This document shows positions 56,052 through 64,000 of a DNA stretch of 64,000 nt, one piece after another. The stretch comes from Dehalococcoidia bacterium (GTDB taxonomy: Bacteria > Chloroflexota > Dehalococcoidia > Lucifugimonadales > UBA1123). Position 1 is the stretch's first letter. Each line of letters begins with the position of its first letter. Made by a program: the position numbers and the translations under genes. The DNA is taken from assembly GCA_965207355.1 (NCBI GenBank), contig OZ242284.1, positions 2,339,708-2,403,707 of the forward strand, read 5' to 3'. The notes under the pieces are model-generated. The model was not told the DNA's origin. It searched no databases and was given only the letters and a program-made list of their open reading frames with translations.

Positions 56052-57095
56052 TCAGCTTTCGTCGGAATTAGTCTCGCACCACTCTCGCACGGACTGGGGT
56101 ATGGCCATGAGGTTTTCGAGCTTGGTGGCGAGCGGGATGGCGCATTCGGGCGCTATCATCTGAACTCCGGCGTCCATGCAGGCGAAGACTTCATCGCGTA
56201 CCTCGGATGGGCCGCGCGCGTAGAGGGTAGTCGGGTTGTTGATATTGCCAACGAGCCCTATCTTGCCCCCAACGGCGTCCATTGCAGCCTGGGGATCGTT
56301 CTTGGAGTCGAAGTGGAAGTACTCCATGCCGGTGTCGGCGATGTAGGGCATACGATCCAGAGTATTGCCGCAGATGTGGAGTATCAGCGGGATGTCCAGA
56401 CGCTCGGCCATCTCCATGTGTATATCCTGGAGGAAGCGCCTGTAGTATTCGCCGCTCACGAGGTCGCCCGTGGCGTGGTCTGGGAAGGTGAGCGCGTCGG
56501 CGCCGGCGTTTATCTGGGCTTCGCCGAACAAGACGGAGAGTTCCTTGAGCTTGTGGAGGCAGCGCATCGTCTCTTCGGGGTCGTCAATGGTCATTAGCAG
56601 GAAGTTCTCGACGCCGAATACGTGGTAGGCGAGCGTCCAGGGGCCCATAGTCTTGCCGATGATGGCGGCCTCGTTGCCTATCTCCTGCTTGAGTATCTCG
56701 ATGGACTTTGTGATGGTGATGTTGTCCGGGTGTTCGAGGAAGCCGGAGGGCACGTGAACGTCGCGCGAGTCCTTCCAGATGGGACGATACATCCTGACGG
56801 TGGGCCAGTTGTCCTTCTCCTCCCACTGCATATCGCAGCCGAGCGCCGATGACTCCTGGATTATCGTGAAATAGGGGGCCACGGCGTCGAAGCCCAGCTC
56901 CGTATAGCCGGTGGCCGCGAGTCTGGCTGCGAGTTCGGGATCGCGGCAGGCGTCCGGGAACGGTGCGTCAACGAGGTCCATGAGCTCGACGGTGGCCACG
57001 TTGGTCGGATTGGCGACCGGCGGCCTGTCCACGGGCTGTCGGTTGAGCGCGGCAAGCGTGCGCTCCCTCGGAGTCATCGTCTCTGTGAATGCCAT
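56052..57095 (-). CDS. Uroporphyrinogen decarboxylase (URO-D) family protein, MtaA/CmuA-like methyltransferase type
   Basis: The N-terminus MTPRERTLAALNRQPVDRPPVANPTNVATVELMD...FPDACRDPELAARLA follows the MtaA-type pattern. Length 347 aa. Confidence 0.65.
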   Translation of the reverse strand: MAFTETMTPRERTLAALNRQPVDRPPVANPTNVATVELMDLVDAPFPDACRDPELAARLAATGYTELGFDAVAPYFTIIQESSALGCDMQWEEKDNWPTVRMYRPIWKDSRDVHVPSGFLEHPDNITITKSIEILKQEIGNEAAIIGKTMGPWTLAYHVFGVENFLLMTIDDPEETMRCLHKLKELSVLFGEAQINAGADALTFPDHATGDLVSGEYYRRFLQDIHMEMAERLDIPLILHICGNTLDRMPYIADTGMEYFHFDSKNDPQAAMDAVGGKIGLVGNINNPTTLYARGPSEVRDEVFACMDAGVQMIAPECAIPLATKLENLMAIPQSVREWCETNSDES

Positions 57096-57141
57096 CGGCG
57101 GCCTCCTGTTACTCTGGGAGTCCCATTGTACATGATTCGGC

Positions 57142-58065
57142 TTATTCCTCCAGCGCGTCCTGAATCGCCTCAGCCGTCGTGTTAACCTGGACGCCGGCGC
57201 GTTCTTCCTGGAGGACCATGGGTACGCGGGAGTCTCGGTCTCCCCAGCCGCGATTGAGCGCCTCGGTCATCTCGGCGAGGGCGAGATTGGCGAGCTTCAT
57301 GGGTACGTCGTACTGTCTTCCGACCTGGCAGGCGAGGTCCACGTCCTTCCTGGCGAGACGCAGCGCGAAGTCCGGTGGGTCGTAGCTGTCTATGAGGAAG
57401 TGGTCGGCCATACGCTCGAAGGTCCCACGCCTCCCCTGCGCTCCTTGACGGACAGCAAGCCATAGGTCGAGCGGGTCCACGCCTGCCTTGACTCCCATCG
57501 TGAAGACCTCGGCGAGCCCGGCCTGGATGATGTACCCGGCGCAGTTGTGGACGAGCTTGGCGACCGACCCGGCTCCCACAGGCCCGACGTAGTAGGGCTG
57601 GTCGCCTATGGAGTCGAGTGCTGGCTTGACGCGCTCGTAAACTTCTCTGTTTCCGCCGACCCAGATAGCCAGTCTGCCGGTTCGCGCGCCCTCCGGTCCG
57701 CCGCTGACGGGGGCATCCAGGACATGGATACCGCGCGGCGAGAGTTCGGCATCAATGCGGCGGATGAGGTCGGGGGAGCTTGTGCTGAGGTCGAGATACA
57801 CCTTGCCCTCGCTGAGGCCCTCGGCCAATCCCTCGTCGCCGAGCGCGACCGCCTCCACCTCGACAGGGCCGGGCAGGGAAGTCAACACTATATCGGAGCG
57901 TTGCGCGACCTCGCGGGGCGTGTCGGCCCACTCCGCGCCCATCTCCAGGTGCGGTGTAGCGGACTCGCGCCTGATGTCATGGACGACGAGGTTGTGTCCG
58001 CCGCGTATCGCATTCAGCGCCATCGAGCCGCCCATTGTTCCAAGTCCGATAAATCCTATGTTCAT
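57142..58065 (-). CDS. NAD(P)-dependent oxidoreductase, 3-hydroxyisobutyrate dehydrogenase family
   Basis: NIGFIGLGTMGGSMALN Rossmann motif, DAPVSGG, and GAGSVAKLVHN. Confidence 0.85.
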   Translation of the reverse strand: MNIGFIGLGTMGGSMALNAIRGGHNLVVHDIRRESATPHLEMGAEWADTPREVAQRSDIVLTSLPGPVEVEAVALGDEGLAEGLSEGKVYLDLSTSSPDLIRRIDAELSPRGIHVLDAPVSGGPEGARTGRLAIWVGGNREVYERVKPALDSIGDQPYYVGPVGAGSVAKLVHNCAGYIIQAGLAEVFTMGVKAGVDPLDLWLAVRQGAQGRRGTFERMADHFLIDSYDPPDFALRLARKDVDLACQVGRQYDVPMKLANLALAEMTEALNRGWGDRDSRVPMVLQEERAGVQVNTTAEAIQDALEE

Positions 58066-58077
58066 GGGTGTCTCCCC

Positions 58078-59793
58078 CTATCTATCCACCCGGACCGTAA
58101 CTATATCTATCCCGTAGTATTTCCGGTGGTGAACCGACGAGGCGTAATGACTCAGCAGTCGCATCGAAAACTGCTGTCCATCCTCCAGTCCGGAGTCGCT
58201 CTCCATATACGCCAGCCTGTCCTCGATGTTCTGCCCGGTAGTGTCGTGTGAAAATACCACGAACTCCACCTCTACGGAATCCCCTTCTGCCTGGGCAGTC
58301 GCTGTCAGCCTCCGGTCCTCTCCCTCCGACAGCCCATTCTCCTCATCCTGTTCCAGCAGGCTCAGAGTCACCTCTTCCCCTACATGGTGCAGCCGATTCC
58401 TCGCCTCCTCCGACCAGCCGCGGTTTGCTGCGAACCCGTCCAGAAACTCAGCTAACGGGGTCAGCGACGACAGCGCGAGGTCAACCTCCAGCTTCCTGCG
58501 CCGCACCCCCGTCAGTCCGGTGATAGCCGTCATCGCCAGCGCCACCGCGCTGCCCGAAGCCACCACGCTGCCCGCTATATTCCCCAGGCTTCCCTCTAGC
58601 TGTCCCGCCAGACTCCCCGCCGATATTCCCACAACCAGCGACACGCCTATAACCGTGCCTCTTTTGTGGTCCATCTGGCCCGCGAACGCTATCTTCGCCC
58701 CTTCCACGAAGAGCGCGCCGAAGATGATCACGTAGATGGCGCTCAGCACCGGACTCGGAACCACCACCAGGAAGGCGATCAGCTTGGAGAACGGCACGAT
58801 TGCCAGGGTCGCCAGGCCTAGGTATATCCCTACCACTTTGGACGCAACGCCCGTAAAGCTGACGTACACCACGGTCACCGCCCACGGCGCGGATATGGGA
58901 ATCGTTCCCAGGACGCCGGTCAGAAAAGTGGTGCCGCCGTACAGATTCAGACCGCTCTGGACTATCCGGTGGTCCAGAGCCCGCTGCTCGCGGTACGAAG
59001 CCTGGTAGATTGCCGAAAGGTCTCCCAGCGACTTCAGGTACGCCGTCAGGCTTACGAACACAAATCCTGGAAGCAGCGACCAGAACTCCACCCCGAAAGT
59101 GAAGTCGAACCCACGCCACGTCAGATCCGGCAAGCTAACCCACTGCGCTTCGATTACCAGGCCTATGTCATACAGGCCCATCGGCGCCGCTACGGCGACG
59201 CCGGACACCAGCGTGAGCGGCAAAGTCCACAGGCGCAGACCGGGCGAGCCTTTCAGCGTAACCAGCGCGCCGACCGCCAGCGCCGCTATCCCCGGAATCA
59301 GAAAATGCTCCAGTGACACGCCTTGCGGAGCGATTATCGTCCGGCTCACGATGAACGGTACTGCCGAGATCGCCACCAGCATGATAACCGTTCCGCTCAC
59401 CGTCGGCGTGAACAGCCGACGAAACGACGCGAGCCGCACTGTGATCAGAAATTGCAGAACGGTCGAAACTATCACCAGGCTTGCCAGCAGCCCCGGCCCG
59501 CCCGTAGCCAGCGCCAGCGTGGTGACCGCCAGGAATGGAACGTTGAAGTTCGTAACTACCAGTCGACCCGACCCAATCTGCCAGAAACGGAAAGAATGGA
59601 GTATGGTGCTGAGTCCGGTGATCACCAGGCCCGAAAATACTGCCCAGGCCAGATAGTCGTTCCCCTGGCCGGATGCCAGTACCACAATCGTCGTCAGCAG
59701 GATGACACTTATCGTATTCGGAACGAATATCTGAAGAGCCGAAACCAACGCCAGCGTCGGCGGGCACTTCTCTTCGGGCTCGTAACGAAGCAT
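58078..59793 (-). CDS. NCS2/SLC23-like permease fused to a C-terminal cytoplasmic domain of about 140 aa
   Basis: About 430 aa of polytopic permease, then a soluble acidic domain (LEVDLALSSLTPLAEFLDGFAANRGWSEEARNRLHHVGEEVTLSLLE...). Confidence 0.6.
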   Translation of the reverse strand: MLRYEPEEKCPPTLALVSALQIFVPNTISVILLTTIVVLASGQGNDYLAWAVFSGLVITGLSTILHSFRFWQIGSGRLVVTNFNVPFLAVTTLALATGGPGLLASLVIVSTVLQFLITVRLASFRRLFTPTVSGTVIMLVAISAVPFIVSRTIIAPQGVSLEHFLIPGIAALAVGALVTLKGSPGLRLWTLPLTLVSGVAVAAPMGLYDIGLVIEAQWVSLPDLTWRGFDFTFGVEFWSLLPGFVFVSLTAYLKSLGDLSAIYQASYREQRALDHRIVQSGLNLYGGTTFLTGVLGTIPISAPWAVTVVYVSFTGVASKVVGIYLGLATLAIVPFSKLIAFLVVVPSPVLSAIYVIIFGALFVEGAKIAFAGQMDHKRGTVIGVSLVVGISAGSLAGQLEGSLGNIAGSVVASGSAVALAMTAITGLTGVRRRKLEVDLALSSLTPLAEFLDGFAANRGWSEEARNRLHHVGEEVTLSLLEQDEENGLSEGEDRRLTATAQAEGDSVEVEFVVFSHDTTGQNIEDRLAYMESDSGLEDGQQFSMRLLSHYASSVHHRKYYGIDIVTVRVDR

Positions 59794-59807
59794 TATCTAT
59801 CCTGTTA

Positions 59808-59891
59808 GGAGCGCGGCATAGGCAACCCTATGCCGCGCTCCATCGGCACGATCCGGTCAAAGCCCGCGCGGATTTCTGTACGGGCTTTGAC
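59808..59891 (-). terminator. Two strong tandem hairpins downstream of the poly-Cache gene
   Basis: GGAGCGCGGCATAGG-CAAC-CCTATGCCGCGCTCC is a perfect 15-bp stem (59808-59841). GTCAAAGCCCG-N14-CGGGCTTTGAC is an 11-bp stem (59856-59891). There is no clear U-tract. Confidence 0.45.
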
Positions 59892-59924
59892 AACCGGCCC
59901 TGTCCCTGGTGGTGGCGTTCCGCC

Positions 59925-62012
59925 TTACTCTTCGATGTAGTAGCCCGACGTGAATATCAGTCCGTCGTGTCTGATTGACCACATATGCTTGGTCAACGTC
60001 TCCGAGGTATTCGAGAGAGCGAACAGGAACTCGAACCAGTATCCTTCCTCCGGCGCGTTGTAAATCAACTCGCCAACCGGCTCTCCGGCGATGAAGCCCT
60101 TGATTATCCTGACGTCTTTGCCAACAAGTATAGACGTAATCGGATGCACCAGGCCGAGGCCGTCCGAGCCGTCCGCAAGGATAAGGTACCACTGCCCGTC
60201 CACGCTGTCCTGGCTGTTATAGTAGGCGACCGTCGCTTCCAGACCTTCCCGGTCATAATACTCTATCGCCTGCTGCACGTAGTCTTTGGTGTACGCCTCT
60301 GGGTCCTCGACTCCCGGGTAGTAGCCCGACGCGAATATCAACCCGTCGTGGCGCACCGCGTACCCTAATTTCGGAACTTCCTTCAGCGTAACGGGATGCG
60401 GCCACAGATATTCCACCCAGATCCCTTCTTCTGTCGCCTTCGCTATCTCCTTGCCCAGCTCGAATCCGTCCGAACCCACCACGTCCTTTATGTCCGTTCC
60501 TATCAGGCGCGGAAGCAGTGAATGGACGAAGTAGATGTCATTCTCGTCCATGGCGAACAGATACCACTGGCCCTCGAAGCTGGCGACGCTGTTATAGTAC
60601 GCCTTCATCGAGTCCAGGCCGTCCCGCTCATATCGCTCTATCGCCCGGTTCACGTAGTCCACCGTGTACTCGCGCGGGTCGGCGTCCTTCCACGGGGTCG
60701 CAAAAGCCTCATCGCCGGCGGTGTAGTAGCCCGAAGCGAATATCAGCCCGTCGTGCCGGATGGCCCAGGTGGTCTTCTGCTCCTCCGCTCTCGTAATCGG
60801 GTTGGGCCACAGGTATTCCACCCATATCCCATCCTCGGTAGCCTGCGCTATCTCCCTGCCCAGTTCCTGGCCGTCCGACCCCACCACGTCCTTTATGTCC
60901 GTGCCTATCAGGTGCGGGAAAATCGGGTGTGCTATGTAGATGTCGTCCGCTCCAATGAGGAACAGGTAGAAGTTGCCCTCCAGGCTTTCGGGGCTGTTGT
61001 AGTAGGCGACCGTCGCTTCCAGGCCCTCTTCATTATAGCGGGCTGTCGCCCTGCTCACGTAATCCATCGTGGCGTCCGCCACGTTCTCCTGGAGTGTTAT
61101 GTGGCTTGATGAGAACACGAGCCCGTCGTAAAGGACCGCAACGACGCGCTCTGGAACGTCTTGATAGTTCCTGGTGTGGCCCACGACATCCTTCCACTGC
61201 GCCTCCTCCGTCGCTCCCTCGAAGAACTTCAGCAGGTCGGCCAGCGGCCCAAAGGAGAGACGACTCTCTCCTCTTTCCACCGGGAACAGCCCGGATGCCA
61301 GCATCGTTTGGGATTCGGGGTCATATATTCGGAGCCCGCGCTCTCCCTGGATGCTCTCCTCGCTGTTGTAGTAGGCGACCGTCGAGTCCAGGCCTTCCTG
61401 ATCGTAGCGGGCTGTGGCGTCCGTAACATAGGCCAGTGTCAGAGCGTTATCGTCAGGCTCCGGGGTAGGAGTCGGAGGGGCCGGCAACGGCGTGTCCAGG
61501 TCGCCCGAGAAACGCGGCGACATGAACACTAGGCCATCGCAGAGTCTTACGAAATATCGCGCCGGTTCTAGTTCTCCGCTCAGCATATTCAGGCCCTCGG
61601 CGTCGAACCAGTGGCCCTGCTGGGTGACGCTCTCTATCTCATCGCCCAACTGTCCCCCCGGGACCAGAGCGTCAACCCGGCCCCCGTTCAGATACAGCAG
61701 GGGCGACGACACCAGTACGTGCGTCTCGGCGTCCGCAACTATCAGGTAGCGCTCGCCGTCCCAGCTTAGCGGGTTGCCGTATCGTTCGACCGTCTTCCCC
61801 AGCCCTCTGTCATAGAAGTATTCCATGGCGCTGTCCACATACGCCTTTGTCAGCGCATCTTCATCTACGTCCTGCGCCGATACGGTTGATAGGGCCGTCC
61901 GGCTGTCCCCGTAGAGGAACATGCCGAGGCTCAGCACTGCCAGGAAGACAATTCCAAGCGCTCCGATGGATTTGGCGATTGAACGGTACCTGAAACTCTG
62001 TTTTCTAATCAT
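59925..62012 (-). CDS. Membrane-anchored protein composed of five tandem sCache_2-like modules
   Basis: N-terminal basic stretch plus a TM helix (IGALGIVFLAVLSLGMFLY), then five modules ending in ...RHDGLIF.SGYY. The core YLF....DIY..HP..P.LIGTDIKDVVGSDG.ELG.EIA.ATE.GIWVEYLWP.P matches my memory of the single-Cache-2 pattern. Confidence 0.65.
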   Translation of the reverse strand: MIRKQSFRYRSIAKSIGALGIVFLAVLSLGMFLYGDSRTALSTVSAQDVDEDALTKAYVDSAMEYFYDRGLGKTVERYGNPLSWDGERYLIVADAETHVLVSSPLLYLNGGRVDALVPGGQLGDEIESVTQQGHWFDAEGLNMLSGELEPARYFVRLCDGLVFMSPRFSGDLDTPLPAPPTPTPEPDDNALTLAYVTDATARYDQEGLDSTVAYYNSEESIQGERGLRIYDPESQTMLASGLFPVERGESRLSFGPLADLLKFFEGATEEAQWKDVVGHTRNYQDVPERVVAVLYDGLVFSSSHITLQENVADATMDYVSRATARYNEEGLEATVAYYNSPESLEGNFYLFLIGADDIYIAHPIFPHLIGTDIKDVVGSDGQELGREIAQATEDGIWVEYLWPNPITRAEEQKTTWAIRHDGLIFASGYYTAGDEAFATPWKDADPREYTVDYVNRAIERYERDGLDSMKAYYNSVASFEGQWYLFAMDENDIYFVHSLLPRLIGTDIKDVVGSDGFELGKEIAKATEEGIWVEYLWPHPVTLKEVPKLGYAVRHDGLIFASGYYPGVEDPEAYTKDYVQQAIEYYDREGLEATVAYYNSQDSVDGQWYLILADGSDGLGLVHPITSILVGKDVRIIKGFIAGEPVGELIYNAPEEGYWFEFLFALSNTSETLTKHMWSIRHDGLIFTSGYYIEE

Positions 62013-62119
62013 CTCTTCAGAATCCTGTATAGAGTGTTCGATTGTTCAGCGGCCTGATTCTACGTGACTAATCTATGCCGGGAACGCACGGATACAACGA
62101 CCTCCGGCCAAGACATACA

Positions 62120-62149
62120 GGCAGCCGCCAACGGATTGCGGCGGCTGCC
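62120..62149 (-). terminator. Hairpin downstream of the second poly-Cache gene
   Basis: GGCAGCCGCC-N10-GGCGGCTGCC is a perfect 10-bp stem. On the minus strand it is followed by the weak T-tract TGTATGTCTT. Confidence 0.45.
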
Positions 62150-62164
62150 CTATTATGACGAACG

Positions 62165-63883
62165 TCAGTTTCCGGCGTCAGGTAGCGGGGTGCCCTGCTC
62201 CACGAAGTAGCCGGAGTAGAAGTACAGCCCGTCGTGGCGCGTTCCCCAGATGTGTCTGAAGGTATTGGCCGCCGTCAGGTTGCCAAACCATTCGATTTCA
62301 GCCCACTGTCCGGCGTCAATAGCTCTCACTGCTTCGGGGTTGAGTGGCGAGCCAATCACGTGCGGCACCACAGCGCTGACCAGGATACGGCTGTCGCTGT
62401 CGGCGAGTCCCAGGTACCACTGTCCCTCGAAGCTGTCTTCGCTGTTGTAGTGGGCGACCGTCGCGTCCAGGCCGTTCTCATCGTAGTAGTCTATCGCCTT
62501 CTGGACGTAATTCTTGGTGAAGGCGGCCGGATCCTCAGGCTCGGGGTAGTAGCCCGACGCGAATATCATCCCGTCTCGCCGGACCGCGTAGGACACCTTC
62601 GGCGCGTTCTTCAACGTCGAGGGGTGCGGCCAGATGTACTCTATCCAGTGGCCCTCCTCGGTCGCCTTGGCTATCTCCTTGCCCAGTTCGTAGCCGTCCG
62701 CGCCCACAACGTCCTTGATGTCCGTTCCTATCAGGCGCGGCAGCAGCGGGTGGATGTGATAGATGTCGTTGGCATCGGTCGCGAACAGATACCACTGTCC
62801 CTCGAAGGCCGCCACGCTGTTGTAGTACGCCTTCAACGCTTCCAGGCCGTCGCGCTCGTAACGCTCCACGGCGCGGTTCACGTAGTCCACCGTGTACTCT
62901 CTGGGATCGGCATCTCGCCAGGGCGGCGGCGCGGCGTCCGCCTCTCCGGTGTAGTAGCCCGAAGCGAATATCAGCCCGTCGTGTCGAATCGCCCAGGTAA
63001 CCTTGGAGTCTTCCAGTCCCGTAACCGGGTTGGGCCACAGGTATTCCACCCAGATCCCTTCCTCGGTCGCCTGCGCTATCTCCCTGCCCAGTTCCTGTCC
63101 GTCCGAACCGACGACGTCCTTGATGTCCGTTCCCTTCAGATGCGGGAATATCGGATGCGCCAGGTATATGTCGTCCGCGCCTATGAGGAACAGGTAGAAC
63201 TGGCCGTCCACGCTTTCTCGGCTGTCGAAGTAGGCGATGGTGGCGTCCAGTCCTTCGCTGTCGTAGAGTTCTGTCGCCTTGGCCACGTAGTTCTTGGTGG
63301 CCTGGGCGATGTTCTCTCGGAGTGCGGAATGTGACGCCGCGAATATCAGTCCGTCGCGCAATATGAAGAACGTGCGCCGCGGCTCCCTCTGGTTGGTAAC
63401 GGGATTGTTGCCTTGGCGCTCTATCCATATCCCTTCTTCCGTAGCGGTGGCAGGCACGGTAACACCCACCGCGGCCGGCCGCAAAGGCGAGGTCAGCAGG
63501 ATGTTCGTGTTGGCGTCAATGATGGTCATGAACCGCTGGCCCTCGACGCTCTCGCGGCTGTTGTAGTAGGCGACCGTCGCCTCCCGTCCCTCGCTTTCAT
63601 ACCGCTCTATCGCCTTCATTACGTAGGCCATGGTAAGCGCGTCGTCGTCAGGCTCAGCCGCAGGCCTGGGCGCTGGCGTCGGTACGTTGGCGAAGCGCGG
63701 CGACATGAATGCGAGTCCATCCCGGACCGTTACGTAGTACCGCGCCTCTTCCTGGTCTCCGGTAAACATATTCAGGCCAGCGCCGTCGAACCAGTGGCCT
63801 TGCTGCGTGGCGCTCTCGATTTCATCGCCCAACTGGTCGCCCGGCGCCAGAGCCTCTATCCCTTTTCCGTTGGGAATTACCAA
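62165..63883 (-). pseudogene. Paralogous poly-sCache_2 gene lacking its 5' end (probably truncated by IS insertion)
   Basis: Collinear with residues from about 110 onward of the 59925..62012 product. It has no signal or TM segment. The reading frame meets a stop at 63908-63910, immediately inside AT-rich foreign sequence. Only a TTG start is available. Confidence 0.5.
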
Positions 63884-63889
63884 GAAAGG

Positions 63890-63918
63890 TTGACAAGTAT
63901 GGATAAATCAGGTATGAT
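63890..63918 (+). promoter_or_regulatory. Consensus-like sigma70 promoter driving the IS transposase
   Basis: TTGACA (63890-63895), a 17-nt spacer, then TATGAT (63913-63918). Confidence 0.5.
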
Positions 63919-63945
63919 TGTAGCATCAAATCTGAGGTGAGAGCG

Positions 63946-64000
63946 GTGTCAGCAGGTAAGGACTTTCGGACTGGAATCAGCCTGATAGAGCTATTCGAGA
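63946..64000 (+). CDS. Transposase N-terminus (IS1595-like), partial
   Basis: GTG start after a GAGGTGA RBS. It encodes VSAGKDFRTGISLIELFE, which resembles the conserved N-terminus (K.F.KGISLIEL...FP) I recall for IS1595-family transposases. Confidence 0.4.
   Translation, partial: MSAGKDFRTGISLIELFE

Larger units (their letters stand above)
63890..64000 (+). mobile_element. Left end of an insertion sequence (IS1595-family-like), continuing beyond the window
   Basis: Abrupt drop in GC and loss of homology to the paralogous Cache gene at about 63886-63890. A promoter, RBS and transposase-like N-terminus follow. Confidence 0.45.

Noticed and set aside
60522-63334. Long plus-strand ORFs (60522..61109, 62234..63334 and others) antisense to the Cache genes
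   Set aside because: They have a repetitive Arg/Val/His-rich antisense-frame composition. The minus-strand products have coherent modular domain structure.
59925-63883. Possibility that the near-identical Cache-module DNA represents template/variable repeats of a diversity-generating retroelement
   Set aside because: No reverse transcriptase or accessory gene is in the window. The differences between copies are spread over all bases and codon positions as far as I can see, consistent with ordinary paralogue divergence.

Overview
The window is a densely coding chromosomal segment that looks about 60% G+C by eye. I support about 56 protein genes. I saw no rRNA, tRNA or CRISPR array. Housekeeping genes are purA, the lysine genes dapB, asd and dapA, pnp and rpsO, recQ and yebC. 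The rest is mostly transport and catabolism. Transport genes: a Dpp/Opp-type ABC importer (two permeases, two ATPases), two MFS transporters, an MMPL exporter and an NCS2-like permease. Catabolic genes: two luciferase-like (LLM) flavin oxidoreductases, two ThDP enzymes, a family III CoA-transferase, a thiolase plus DUF35 pair, an amidase with a small GatC/AtzG-like partner, two tandem aminotransferase paralogues and an MtaA/URO-D-like protein. This gene mix and the intergenic repeat families suggest a marine Chloroflexota (SAR202-like) genome, but that is inference only. Candidates worth follow-up, in my order of interest: (1) a low-GC two-gene cassette at 43.6-44.9 kb, encoding a catalytically intact EEP-family nuclease/phosphatase and a tightly coupled 147-aa ORFan; (2) two tandem paralogous genes (59.9-63.9 kb) whose products consist only of five sCache_2-like modules behind a membrane anchor, the second gene cut at its 5' end by an IS (IS1595-like) that runs off the window; (3) a leaderless DUF1800 - NHL propeller - DUF1501 operon; (4) a low-GC VapC (PIN) module with an unusually large partner, wedged between dapB and asd-dapA; (5) a PNPase with a roughly 107-aa RGG/RGD-rich tail; (6) an array of ACCAGTTT/AAACTGGT octamers upstream of a CRTAC1-like lipoprotein gene. 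There are also three interspersed repeat families: a MITE-like element with two copies, a hairpin family H1 with nine copies, and an H2 hairpin family (TTCCCGC-GAAA-GCGGGAA type). All protein family calls rest on motifs I recognised by eye. No database search was run.
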